From: Patescibacteria group bacterium UBA3530
Lineage (GTDB): Bacteria; Patescibacteriota; Minisyncoccia; Phycocordibacterales; UBA2100
Assembly: GCA_002376945.1 (NCBI GenBank)
Contig: DFOX01000009.1
Coordinates: 1,340 to 65,339, forward strand
Direction of reading: 5' to 3'
Length of the DNA stretch: 64,000 nt
Below the pieces are notes generated by a model. The model worked only from the letters and a program-made list of their open reading frames with translations. It did not search any database and was not told where the DNA came from. Below, piece by piece: positions 1 to 9,541 of the stretch (position 1 is its first letter; every line of letters begins with the position of its first letter). The position numbers and the translations under genes were made by a program.

Positions 1-1115
1 TTCAACGCGTATGTTTCTGTAATTGCGCGGTCGATAATCGCATCCTCCTCAGGAGTGAGCCCTCCAAACATGATTCTGAAGAGACCCACAAGTGTAATGA
101 TGTTGTTTCGAAGTACATCGGAAGGGTTTTCATCCTCCCGCGGAATGGGGAGATCAAAAGGATTAATGTGGTGTTGCGAAGACAGGGAGATGTTAAAGTG
201 ACGTCCTCCTGTCGTTTCCGCCAAATATTCATATTCTCGTTCCGGGTCGATAACGATTACATCCGTGTCGAACATCAAAGAGCGAACAATTTCGAGTTTG
301 GTCATGTATGACTTACCTGCACCGGATTTTGCGAACACCACGGAGTTATAGTTTTCGAGTGAGAATCTATCAAACAGTACCAAACTCGAGTTATGCCTGT
401 TTATCCCATACAAAATACCTCGGTCAGATGTTAAGTCAAAAGAGATGAAAGGAAAGATACTTGAAAGCGGCGAAGAGTTTAGGTTTGTATGAACGCCGAG
501 TTCATCTTGTGCAATGGGCATCACGCTTTTAAACCCACCCTCTTGTTGAAACAACGCCGGCTTTAGATATACAAGTCGTGCTTCCAAAATGGAGCGAATC
601 TCAGACTCCGCTTTGTCAATTTCGTCTCGCGTATCACCATAGATCGTGATATACAAACCAACTTGGAACATTTTTTCCTGCGCTTGTTGTAGTTGGTCAC
701 GCAGATATTCAAGATCCGAATATGCCGTATCCAGTATAGGATCCCGCACCAACCCCTTTTCCTCTCGAATAGCAATTTGACTTTCTACCTCTGCAACTTT
801 TTTTTGGTATCCGCGCAGTACATCCTGAGTATCCATTGGATGCACAAAAATCGACACATCAAACACTTTGTCCAGATTAACTATCGGCGAGAACCATCCA
901 GTGGTGAGAAATCGAGGATATGAAATGACAAAAAAGGTGCGCGCGACCTTCTCTCCCAAATTAAGGGCGCGAGGAGTTATTTGCAAAGCAGAAGGTGCAA
1001 TCACATCTTGCAGCTCCAAAACACCATGTTGATAGATTTCCTCGGGAAGTACGGGAACTACCTCGCTCTTCCCTTCATCTTCTCTTTTTTTTCTAAATAA
1101 ATCTAAAAAAGCCAT
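1..1115 (-). CDS. VirB4/TraC/TrbE-family type IV secretion ATPase, body and Walker A region (5'-partial relative to window; gene continues past position 1)
   Basis: Minus-strand frame is open from ATG at 1115..1113 to the window edge, so it is absent from the ORF track. The translation MAFLDLFRKK... contains FFVISYPRFLTTGWFSPIVNLDKVFDVSIFVHP and the Walker A motif FAKSGAGKS, both typical of VirB4-family ATPases. Confidence 0.7.
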   Translation of the reverse strand, partial: MAFLDLFRKKREDEGKSEVVPVLPEEIYQHGVLELQDVIAPSALQITPRALNLGEKVARTFFVISYPRFLTTGWFSPIVNLDKVFDVSIFVHPMDTQDVLRGYQKKVAEVESQIAIREEKGLVRDPILDTAYSDLEYLRDQLQQAQEKMFQVGLYITIYGDTRDEIDKAESEIRSILEARLVYLKPALFQQEGGFKSVMPIAQDELGVHTNLNSSPLSSIFPFISFDLTSDRGILYGINRHNSSLVLFDRFSLENYNSVVFAKSGAGKSYMTKLEIVRSLMFDTDVIVIDPEREYEYLAETTGGRHFNISLSSQHHINPFDLPIPREDENPSDVLRNNIITLVGLFRIMFGGLTPEEDAIIDRAITETYAL

Positions 1116-1121
1116 ATCTTT

Positions 1122-1778
1122 TTATTGAGCTACCTGAACAGGTTTCTCTTGTTCTCCCGGATTAAATATCTTGTAGAGCAATTCAATCACTTCTTCGGTA
1201 TCAAGTTGTACTGTACGCACCCCCGTACGCACCAAACCCTGCTGCACAATTGCTACCCTCTGATCCAACTGAGACACATTTTCCTCAAAGGCCGCACTGG
1301 TCTCCTCTTCAGCACTTTTCTTTACCCCACGTCTGTTCCATGGGAGATTGTCCGAAATACTCTTCTTTACGTTAATTGCACTTGGGGTATAGGGTACTAC
1401 CACAAAAAAGTGTTTTGTCATGATGTTTGCTCCCTCGACGAAGTTTTTGATAAATTCGATGTATTCTCTAATCTGAATGCGCATCAAATCATCCATGGTT
1501 TTTTTGTATTCAATCTCAAGCGTTTCAATGTACGGACGGATATCCAGTTCTCGAGATTCAATGTGAATCTGCACTGAAAAGTCCAGTGAATTAAAGAAAT
1601 TTTGGAATTGCATAATGAAAGCATTTTGCTCATCTTCACTTTTAAGTGCGAAGTTGATAGATGAGGCCATTAATACCGCCCGCAATCCTCCGTCGCGCAA
1701 AATTATCACCCCGTCGCGCACTTCTTTGACGGGTACAAAATGTTGAGAAGATTGTGCCGAGGTTTTTGATTGCGGCAT
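1122..1778 (-). CDS. VirB4-family N-terminal domain ORF (218 aa), separated from the VirB4 body by a single in-frame TAA (split gene or pseudogene)
   Basis: Track ORF 1122..1916 trimmed to the internal ATG at 1778, which lies 4 nt after the stop of the upstream gene. The motif ILRDGGLRAVLMASSINFALKSEDEQNAFIMQFQNFFNSLDF resembles the N-terminal region of VirB4/TrbE. The stop TAA at 1124..1122 is followed in the same frame by AAA GAT ATG at 1115. Confidence 0.5.
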   Translation of the reverse strand: MPQSKTSAQSSQHFVPVKEVRDGVIILRDGGLRAVLMASSINFALKSEDEQNAFIMQFQNFFNSLDFSVQIHIESRELDIRPYIETLEIEYKKTMDDLMRIQIREYIEFIKNFVEGANIMTKHFFVVVPYTPSAINVKKSISDNLPWNRRGVKKSAEEETSAAFEENVSQLDQRVAIVQQGLVRTGVRTVQLDTEEVIELLYKIFNPGEQEKPVQVAQ

Positions 1779-1782
1779 AGTA

Positions 1783-2235
1783 CTATTGTACCTCACGTTC
1801 TCGATCTGTATGGAGACGCTCGTTAATATCGAGACTCCATGCCAAGTTAGTGAGTTTATTATCAGAAAGACTGGGAATATTGTCAGGAGAAAGACCGGAT
1901 TTTTCAACAACAACATCTTCTTTTTGCTTTTCCTTACGCGTGGTATTCCAGAGATACAGCTTACTGCTGATAAAGTACATAAATGCTGCTTCTGCTATGG
2001 CAATAAATGGTTTGTTATTTATTTTTATAAATGCTAAAGACCCAGAAATACCCAAAACGCCCAGGATAAGGGGGGCGGCTGCGAATAAGGGAAGTGCTCT
2101 CCAGAGCAAAAAGCTTAAACCTACTCCTCCTGCAATATATACAAATTGTTTGAGGGTAAGTGGGCCAAATATTTTATCTTCAACATCAGTAAATTGTGGA
2201 ACTTGGTATTGCATATGCTCATTGTATACTAGCAC
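1783..2235 (-). CDS. small membrane protein, possibly VirB3/PrgI-like T4SS component
   Basis: 150-aa ORF with a hydrophobic stretch (FVYIAGGVGLSFLLWRALPLFAAAPLILGVLGISGSLAF), lying immediately upstream of the VirB4 ORFs in the same operon; function inferred from position only. Confidence 0.45.
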   Translation of the reverse strand: MLVYNEHMQYQVPQFTDVEDKIFGPLTLKQFVYIAGGVGLSFLLWRALPLFAAAPLILGVLGISGSLAFIKINNKPFIAIAEAAFMYFISSKLYLWNTTRKEKQKEDVVVEKSGLSPDNIPSLSDNKLTNLAWSLDINERLHTDREREVQ

Positions 2236-2687
2236 TATTCTATAGACTCTCGGTACGGATCTTCACCCACGTCTTTTCTGTGCATACTATTCTCCCCCGC
2301 TCTATACGCGGTCGTATCCGATGGGGCACTTTTTGACGCCGGTTGAGTAGATTTTTCGGACGCGGTATTTGATTGCATCTTCTCTCGTATCGGTGTAAAC
2401 ACCGCCTCGGCAATATCATTCACCAATAATTGAGCTTGAGTCATTTCAACACCCACTTTTTTTGCAATCTGTTCAGTCAAATCATCAGGGTCGGTGATTC
2501 CGAGTAAGGTAAGCATAATCTCGCCTTCCAAAATTGCCCATTTATCGAGGTGTAGGTTGTGATTTTTTGAGATACGCTGAAGACGTTCTTCAATACCAAT
2601 ACTCTCAATCGCATCGATCACCGATTCAGGGAGACGAGCAACACGCTCATCTATCAACGCATCCAGATTTTTGTTTTGTGAATCCAT
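2235..2687 (-). CDS. hypothetical protein (150 aa) in the T4SS-like operon
   Basis: ORF track; start/stop overlaps its neighbours (ATGA-type coupling); no recognised motif. Confidence 0.45.
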   Translation of the reverse strand: MDSQNKNLDALIDERVARLPESVIDAIESIGIEERLQRISKNHNLHLDKWAILEGEIMLTLLGITDPDDLTEQIAKKVGVEMTQAQLLVNDIAEAVFTPIREKMQSNTASEKSTQPASKSAPSDTTAYRAGENSMHRKDVGEDPYRESIE

Positions 2688-2689
2688 AC

Positions 2690-4633
2690 CTATTCTTTAA
2701 GTTGATTTTTAATGCGTTCTGCAAAAGCTTTACGTCTCGGAGAAACTCTTCCGCTCGCATACGTAGCATCAACTGCTGCATCCCGTAATTCTTCGAGCGC
2801 TCGAATTTCTTCTCGTATGCTTCTCGCGCGAGCTTTGCTACCAAACTCCTTTTCCGTTTTAAATTCCTTCTCCTTTGCGCTGATACTATCTCGTAGTTCA
2901 AGTACGCTGCGAATGCGACTGGCAGTATCGCTTGCCGCAGCAGGATCAGCGGTTGGTATATCTCGTAACGGAGGTTCTTGTCGCGTACTCTCTCGGGCCG
3001 TCTCTATTCTGCGATCTTGTTCAGCGAGTTGTATTTGCTCATCCACACCAGGTTGTCCTCGCTCAGCCATTTCGGTGTACGCAGTAGACTCTACCTCCCC
3101 ATCACGTTGAACCACAACTGTGGCGGGATCACTCTCTGCTGCCTGTCGTATAGATTCTGATGATCCAGGTTGTTCACTTGCGGCATTACGCAATTCGTCT
3201 GTAATTGATTGCAGTTGTTTATCAACCCGTGTACTTCCTCCGGATTTAATCCGCGCCGCTTCATAATCGGCAAGAGCTTCAAGTGTGGGGGATTCAAATC
3301 CCAAACGTACACCAGTTTTTTCTCGCAACTTTTGTGCCGCCGTTGAATCTGCTAGTCGCATACTACTCTCACTTAAATTTTGCAAGTACGCATCCACTTT
3401 TTGCCCTGCTCCAAGGAATTGCCCAGCAGTACGCATTCTGTCAGCCCCTCTCCGCGCCTGCTCCCGTAAAGCTTCGGCAGGATTTCTTCCTGTGAGTCGG
3501 AAGAGAGAATTCACTGCAAACCCCGGTGCCGTGAGACTGGCTGCCAATACCCTCATTGCATTATTCTTTGCAAATCCAGCTCCCAGTATTGATAGGTTAC
3601 TCGCTACTATTGTGGAAGCATAAAAGAGTCCGAGAACCATAATGGTTGTCAAAATACCTTCAATAGCACCGTCCGTTGCAATTATCTTACCAAGATTAAG
3701 CGGTTCTCGTTCCCCTTGGTTTTGGATAATACTCACCGTGGCCCAGAGCATGATCATAAAGAGTGGAGCGAAAATAACGTTCTTTATCAGGGCGTTTTTC
3801 CACTTTCTCCACCACTCCTCAAGTCCTGGAGTCATCATTGCCACAAATGCCAGAGAGGAGGTGAGCATGAGCACTATAAAAACAACCATCCTGGTTATTA
3901 AGAGTATCGCACCATATGCCATAACAGCGGCAAAAGCGCCTGCAAAGAAGAACACTATTATGACATACATAATGATGTCTCCGACTGAAGCTCCATTTTC
4001 GGACATCTCACTCAATGTTGCGTGCGCGCCCTTAATAAATCCCCCCGCAAGCCCGGTCGCTTGCATAAAAGCTGTTGAGATACCTTGGCTGCCGGATGGA
4101 GATTCAATACTGATTGCATTATAAAATTGTATGGCGAGAATGTTGGAAACATCCAATGCTGCTTTGGTGAAAAAGAGACTGAAATTAATCAAAACGGAAA
4201 CAATCAGTATGGTCGCCACGAACTTCTTTGTTCCGTATGTCTTTATATTTAGAATGACGTTAAATGCAACAAATACAAACATTGAAATCATCACAATGTT
4301 TGCTATATCTCTAAAGCCACTCCATGCCGCATTGATGCCCTCTTCAAAAAAAGCAAAGGTGCTGGAGAATTCAACTACGGTGTAACGAAGGGCGCCATCA
4401 AAAACAAGACCCCCAAAAGCCATAATCAAATTAGCAATTTGCACGAAAATGGCGGGTATGTAGAGCAAGAATTCCGTTACTCCGTTCCAAAACCAATTGC
4501 TATGTCCAGCAGCGTAAGCAATTCCCATCCCGGATTCAATACTCAACGGAGATAAAAGTATCACCAATGCAGAAAAAACCGCCGGAAGAAGGATCGGAAT
4601 ACCGCGCGAAAGTATTTTTCGCAGTTTCAACAT
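2690..4633 (-). CDS. VirB6/TrbL-like polytopic membrane protein with long charged C-terminal tail
   Basis: 647 aa; N-terminal ~400 aa has multiple hydrophobic helices, as in the VirB6/TrbL channel protein; C-terminal region is Arg/Glu-rich and coiled-coil-like; co-operonic with VirB4. Confidence 0.5.
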   Translation of the reverse strand: MLKLRKILSRGIPILLPAVFSALVILLSPLSIESGMGIAYAAGHSNWFWNGVTEFLLYIPAIFVQIANLIMAFGGLVFDGALRYTVVEFSSTFAFFEEGINAAWSGFRDIANIVMISMFVFVAFNVILNIKTYGTKKFVATILIVSVLINFSLFFTKAALDVSNILAIQFYNAISIESPSGSQGISTAFMQATGLAGGFIKGAHATLSEMSENGASVGDIIMYVIIVFFFAGAFAAVMAYGAILLITRMVVFIVLMLTSSLAFVAMMTPGLEEWWRKWKNALIKNVIFAPLFMIMLWATVSIIQNQGEREPLNLGKIIATDGAIEGILTTIMVLGLFYASTIVASNLSILGAGFAKNNAMRVLAASLTAPGFAVNSLFRLTGRNPAEALREQARRGADRMRTAGQFLGAGQKVDAYLQNLSESSMRLADSTAAQKLREKTGVRLGFESPTLEALADYEAARIKSGGSTRVDKQLQSITDELRNAASEQPGSSESIRQAAESDPATVVVQRDGEVESTAYTEMAERGQPGVDEQIQLAEQDRRIETARESTRQEPPLRDIPTADPAAASDTASRIRSVLELRDSISAKEKEFKTEKEFGSKARARSIREEIRALEELRDAAVDATYASGRVSPRRKAFAERIKNQLKE

Positions 4634-4639
4634 ATTTTT

Positions 4640-6643
4640 CTACAAAGCGTAATCAACCCAATTACCTGGGAGACACCACCCCGTTTCCCAACTAGTTCGA
4701 GTGTCCTCTAGTAGTTGTTGCATGGATCCTTCCGTTTCTCTGTTTGTATCCTGTATGTTCCGTACGTCTGCGTCGGTATGAATTTGCCCGTTTGCAATCA
4801 AGACATCCAGTCGTTCAAGTGCCTTCTTTTGTCCATCTGCAGTTGTTGCTTCATTAATACGATCTCGCAGTTCCAGCAGAGCGATAAGCGCAGCTTCTCC
4901 CGCCAACACCTGCGCTTGTGCATTGAAAAGTAGCGGGGTGATACGCGCATCAATAATGGTTCGCGAGCGTGTGGTGTCAGCGGCGATTGTCTCAGAAAAA
5001 CGCACATACTGAGAAGATGCAGTAACCGTTATATTTGGAAGTGTTGTTGGTATGTTCAGCGTAACAACTCCCGTTGAGTCGGTAGATTTTTGCAAGGTTT
5101 CTTCCATTGTTCTAGTTTGTCCATCGCTATTCCCTTTTTCGATCGCAGTTACGGTTATTTCTCCATCAGGCAAGTTAGTAAGTGCAATCGGTTGTGTTCT
5201 CCAGGTGGTGCCCTGTAGTGAGGCGGTGACGGGATCAGTTGACGATGCGTTTGCTGAAGCGGTGACAGAGACAGATGCATTTACGTTTTCCACGTATCCG
5301 CGAACGATAATACTGCTGGGATATACTGACCGTAAGACTATAACGTTTGAATCATACTTCTTTGTGGTTTCGATAGGTGCGTTGCAAGGAATTGTTGATG
5401 TACCGGTACTGTTGGGGCATACCCGCTGCTTTACCTTCTCAACGACAAATTTTTGAGCTTCATCAGCCATACCATCCCAACATGCAAGCTCCCACGTTTC
5501 GAGTTGCACTTCCGCTTTTGAAAGTGTTCCTACCCCGTCGCGGCGAGCGGTAACAAATTCTCGTTCCGTATAAATAGCATTTTCAATAATGGCAGTAGCA
5601 GCTCCAATTATTTTTCCGCGAGCACGTCTTGCGGAATCAGTTACCAACTGTGAGAGATATGAGGGCTCTCCATTTATGTTTTGGGACAAACCAGCTAGTC
5701 CATTTAGGTCGGTAAGCATGCGAGTACCGATGTTTGCCATAGTACTTGAGATGATTTCGTCAAATTCATCAGCGTTCTCTGCCTGTCGTATTCCTGAACC
5801 AATTACTTGCTTGAGAAGCTCGGAGATAATGTATCCAGGCGTTATCACTACATCGCGAGTGACAATGTTTCCTCCACCGATATCAATGGATTCTTGGCGA
5901 ACTATGGATCTAAAACCATTATTTCTATTTAACTGAATTTCGTCGTTACGTAAAGCGGTCTGTATCCTATTTTGCAGCTGGTTTTGAGCAATCGCGTATG
6001 ACCCCAAGGGAGTACATGCCAAATTATCATTGATACGTGTAAACGATTCCCATCCGCCTGCCGATATAAAATCTCCGTTTCTCATCGCTTCAAGCTTTGC
6101 CGGATCCACATCACACACCAAGGCATTTTGAGGAGTTCGTGTTCGCTGGGCATAGTTGCGAGCCAAAATGGTTTGTATATCACGTCGGTATGCTTCGGGA
6201 ATATTCTCAGTGGCTGTCAGGAGGTACTCCTCCACGATCGGGTCGGCTATCTCCAGTTCTCTCTGTGGTATATTTTGAACATATGCACTGGTTCCGTCGG
6301 TGCCACTGTTTACAAAATCTACAACATTCTTAATCATTACGGATATTAAAGTTTCTCTCGATGCAGAAGCGATGCCATCGAGTACACATTCTTTATAGGT
6401 CAAGATTTTCTGTTGGTCAAAGACCGCGTCATCAAACGCCGGCACGTATGTTCCCTTGGGTCCTTGTGCCCCAACCGGACTGTATTGTGCTGCGCCACAG
6501 CCAAATGCACCATTACGAAGAGCTGGTTTTGTGGTGGTTGCCGTACGTTCAGTGCTTGTCGCCACATCACTTTGTGCGTGAGCGGGAGTCACGGTAAGAA
6601 AGACAAGTGCCGCAACCAAGGTTATGTGTGATAGGCGAATCAT
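4640..6643 (-). CDS. large secreted protein (signal peptide), candidate T4SS-associated surface/adhesin protein
   Basis: 667 aa; N-terminal signal MIRLSHITLVAALVFLTVTPAHAQSD; Thr/Ser-rich segments; stop overlaps start of downstream gene. Confidence 0.55.
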   Translation of the reverse strand: MIRLSHITLVAALVFLTVTPAHAQSDVATSTERTATTTKPALRNGAFGCGAAQYSPVGAQGPKGTYVPAFDDAVFDQQKILTYKECVLDGIASASRETLISVMIKNVVDFVNSGTDGTSAYVQNIPQRELEIADPIVEEYLLTATENIPEAYRRDIQTILARNYAQRTRTPQNALVCDVDPAKLEAMRNGDFISAGGWESFTRINDNLACTPLGSYAIAQNQLQNRIQTALRNDEIQLNRNNGFRSIVRQESIDIGGGNIVTRDVVITPGYIISELLKQVIGSGIRQAENADEFDEIISSTMANIGTRMLTDLNGLAGLSQNINGEPSYLSQLVTDSARRARGKIIGAATAIIENAIYTEREFVTARRDGVGTLSKAEVQLETWELACWDGMADEAQKFVVEKVKQRVCPNSTGTSTIPCNAPIETTKKYDSNVIVLRSVYPSSIIVRGYVENVNASVSVTASANASSTDPVTASLQGTTWRTQPIALTNLPDGEITVTAIEKGNSDGQTRTMEETLQKSTDSTGVVTLNIPTTLPNITVTASSQYVRFSETIAADTTRSRTIIDARITPLLFNAQAQVLAGEAALIALLELRDRINEATTADGQKKALERLDVLIANGQIHTDADVRNIQDTNRETEGSMQQLLEDTRTSWETGWCLPGNWVDYAL

Positions 6644-7482
6644 AGGGTTGTGTTGTTAAGAATAAAATAAATATCAAGTTGATTATAGGCGTCTTTAATG
6701 CCATCCTCCCCTTCAAAAAAATCACGAGCAGCTACCATGTTCACAATCGGGTCTTCTGCTCCTTGGCTCATGGTGCTTAAAATGTCAGCAAATACCAAAA
6801 AACTATTTATAACCGAAACATGAGCTTCAGCTGCTCCGTAAGGCACGGTGACGGCGAGCAAGTTATTCGCCACTTCCTTGTATATCACTGATGCGTTTGC
6901 GAGCGTGATGAAATCCTCCGTAGCACCGGTTTCAATAGCGCGTCCATATGTAGTGAGTTCATATTCTTCTATTTCAGATATCGGACTCAACGCTTGTGCA
7001 AACGCACCCCGGTATACTTCAAGAGATACCGCATCTCTGCGGAGGTCCTGTACGGTGAGTGTTCCCTTTCTTTCGACTCCAAATTGATCCTCTGTTGCTT
7101 CCGCTATCACAAATGCGAACGCATCAGGATTATATGAACCACGAGTCTTTGCTTGTACATAGGTACCGATAATATCTTGTGAGAGCGCATCGGCTTGCGT
7201 GATAGGAACGACGTTCTCTTTTTCTACTGAGGAATTCGTATTGGCACGAAGTGGGTCTGTTCCCTGCAGCGTCTCTTCCCAATCGCGAATACCGTCACCA
7301 TCAGAGTCAAGAGCGTATTCTTTTGTTTCCAAAAGATTCTCCGTTGCTGCACCATTTGTGCGCGCATAATCGCTTTTTGACGGTTGCAGTAACGGACTTC
7401 TCCAAACCGCAAAGGCGAGAAGAGCTATGCTGAATATGATGGCCGCTTTCACACTGCCGTTTTTGTAAAAATCAATAGCCAC
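6640..7482 (-). CDS. membrane-anchored hypothetical protein
   Basis: 280 aa with N-terminal TM anchor AAIIFSIALLAFAVW; overlaps neighbour by 4 nt (operon coupling). Confidence 0.5.
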   Translation of the reverse strand: MAIDFYKNGSVKAAIIFSIALLAFAVWRSPLLQPSKSDYARTNGAATENLLETKEYALDSDGDGIRDWEETLQGTDPLRANTNSSVEKENVVPITQADALSQDIIGTYVQAKTRGSYNPDAFAFVIAEATEDQFGVERKGTLTVQDLRRDAVSLEVYRGAFAQALSPISEIEEYELTTYGRAIETGATEDFITLANASVIYKEVANNLLAVTVPYGAAEAHVSVINSFLVFADILSTMSQGAEDPIVNMVAARDFFEGEDGIKDAYNQLDIYFILNNTTL

Positions 7483-7533
7483 GTAGTTAGTATATCAATA
7501 TATAAGCCATATGGTGTGCGTATTGTGGGGACA

Positions 7534-8388
7534 CTATAAGCCCCGTGGGGAGAACATAAAAGCCGCACCGGGTTCGGAGGGAGCAAATGTCACCTCATAG
7601 GCGCTCATAACCGCATTGATGCCAATAAGTTGTTCCGCAACCTGTTCGGAAGCTTTGTTGTACAACAGCAGTGCGTCGAGCAATTCCGAATCAGAGATTT
7701 CGGTAAGAGCCAGTAAACGTTCCCCCACCAGTGCGTAACCTTCTATTAAATAGGAGTGCACTGCAGTAACCGAATCTGGCGCCGCAATATCCGTAAGTGT
7801 TTGAGCGAGTGTCTGATAATCTTGCGCAAGCGCTACCACTGCCTCTTTGTTACTCCCTTCCTTAAAAAATACATCCAATGTCTGAATTTGTGCAGCATGC
7901 TGTATTTCAAGTGCAGAAACGGCTTCACCTACACTATTTCCATACGCATGTAATTCCCGCTGTAGCGGTGTTTGGTTGGTTTCTTCACGAATATTTTGAG
8001 AAAACTCATTCGAATATTCATTAATTGATAAGATCTCGGGAGTAAATGGAGTGAAAGGATTGTTTTTTGGTGTTTGGGCGCCTCCGATAAGTTGGTAAAA
8101 AAGATCTCGTATATCATTATTGTCAATGGTTGTTTCTGCAGTGCGTTGCGGGGTCGTTATAATCTCTCCCGATGGGGTTTGTGTAGAGAAAACAAAAGGT
8201 GGTGAGGAGGGCGATGATTCATTTATTTTTTGAATGTTCGGTGATACGTATGGAGTGTAAGGAACTGAAAACGAAGACCGAGTACCTTCACGTGGTGCTG
8301 ACGGACTAAATACCATCGCCACTGCACTGGCGATAAGGAAGAGGATTACCGCAAGAGAGATAAATAAAACAGATCGCTTCATGTGCAT
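7534..8388 (-). CDS. membrane-anchored hypothetical protein (first gene of minus-strand T4SS-like operon)
   Basis: 284 aa; N-terminal anchor VLFISLAVILFLIASAVAMVF; weak C-terminal resemblance to the 6640..7482 product. Confidence 0.5.
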   Translation of the reverse strand: MHMKRSVLFISLAVILFLIASAVAMVFSPSAPREGTRSSFSVPYTPYVSPNIQKINESSPSSPPFVFSTQTPSGEIITTPQRTAETTIDNNDIRDLFYQLIGGAQTPKNNPFTPFTPEILSINEYSNEFSQNIREETNQTPLQRELHAYGNSVGEAVSALEIQHAAQIQTLDVFFKEGSNKEAVVALAQDYQTLAQTLTDIAAPDSVTAVHSYLIEGYALVGERLLALTEISDSELLDALLLYNKASEQVAEQLIGINAVMSAYEVTFAPSEPGAAFMFSPRGL

Positions 8389-8430
8389 AGTATACCGTAT
8401 TCATACACTGTTGCGTGGTATAGTGTTTGA

Positions 8431-8766
8431 ATGAAGCGATCGCTGATAGTTGGAATCGTAATCATATTTATTGCTGCAGGAGCGATTATCACCCTTACAA
8501 AAGCAACGGCACTTTCTTGGGGAGGGCCGTTTCAGACAGTCATACCATGCTGGAACGAAGGTGTTATTTGGACCGTTGTAGGGCCTCCGCGACCCGGGGT
8601 CTTTATCTGGACCGCTTCGACCAAGACATATGACTATGGACCCCCATCAAGACCAGGTCAGTACGGTCTTGGTTTGGCAGGACCACCCTATTTTTGTGTA
8701 GTATCTCCCTATCCCGTGATTGTGTTACCGGGAATCATCATGACCATGGTCGGCACCAGTCGATAA
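8431..8766 (+). CDS. small Gly/Pro/Trp-rich secreted or anchored hypothetical protein
   Basis: 111 aa; N-terminal hydrophobic segment LIVGIVIIFIAAGAIITL; divergent from the T4SS-like operon. Confidence 0.35.
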   Translation: MKRSLIVGIVIIFIAAGAIITLTKATALSWGGPFQTVIPCWNEGVIWTVVGPPRPGVFIWTASTKTYDYGPPSRPGQYGLGLAGPPYFCVVSPYPVIVLPGIIMTMVGTSR

Positions 8767-8767
8767 G

Positions 8768-9541
8768 TTACAAGATTGCAACCAATGCAATCCATGTATG
8801 CAAAGAGACCTCTTCGGCTCGTGCATTCTCACTCAATCCTACTGCCAACATACTCTTTAATATATGCTCCTTTCCTCCAAATGGAGATAGATTGTTCACC
8901 AGTTTCTTTCTCTTGCTTGAGAAACCAGCTTTCACGACTTTAAAAAAGCGCTCTTGAGAAATCGTTCCAAGGTTTTGCTTGGAAATACCTCCGATGTGCA
9001 GTATTGCTGAATCAACCTGTGGTGTGGGATTGAAATATCGTGCCGGCACGGTGCTCACATATCGAGGATGTCCGTATATTTTCACCGAAAGACTCAAAAT
9101 GGTTTCCTTGGGATCTTTTGCAATACGTTCAGCAACCTCTTTTTGTACCAGCACAGTCATGCTCTTTGGTTGATGTTTTGAAGCGAGAAACGTTTTTATC
9201 AACACTCCAGTTATATAGTACGGAATATTGGCCACTATTTTGTATGTATGAGGCAAAAAATCATGAACAGGTGTGTCTAAAATATCACCTGCAATCAGGG
9301 TAAGCTGTGTAGTTTCAATCTCAGTATGAAAAGTTTCAGTAAGCGCATCTACCATGTCTTGGTCTGTTTCCACCGCAATCACCGATGCTCCGGTGGCAAG
9401 GATTGCCTCGGTAAGCACTCCCTTTCCGGGCCCGATTTCAAGAATAGTGTCGCCTTCGGCAATGTCAGCAGCACGTATCATGGTAGCTATAGCTGCTCTT
9501 GAGGTGAGAAAATGTTGTCCTAGATGTTTTTTGGCTCTCAT
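8768..9541 (-). CDS. rsmA: 16S rRNA (adenine1518/1519-N6)-dimethyltransferase RsmA/KsgA
   Basis: Start trimmed to MRAKKHLGQHFL; SAM-binding motif ILEIGPGKGVLT; track ORF 8768..9607. Confidence 0.85.
   Translation of the reverse strand: MRAKKHLGQHFLTSRAAIATMIRAADIAEGDTILEIGPGKGVLTEAILATGASVIAVETDQDMVDALTETFHTEIETTQLTLIAGDILDTPVHDFLPHTYKIVANIPYYITGVLIKTFLASKHQPKSMTVLVQKEVAERIAKDPKETILSLSVKIYGHPRYVSTVPARYFNPTPQVDSAILHIGGISKQNLGTISQERFFKVVKAGFSSKRKKLVNNLSPFGGKEHILKSMLAVGLSENARAEEVSLHTWIALVAIL

Noticed and set aside
1122-1124. Genetic-code reassignment of TAA to explain the split VirB4
   Set aside because: TAA clearly terminates other well-conserved genes in the window (e.g. xth at 20731..20733 and rplC at 57611..57613).
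3642-4124. 160-aa plus-strand ORF inside the VirB6-like gene (and similar antisense ORFs, e.g. 35592..36035 within pilB and 15368..15832 within pnp)
   Set aside because: Antisense to confidently identified genes with conserved domains.
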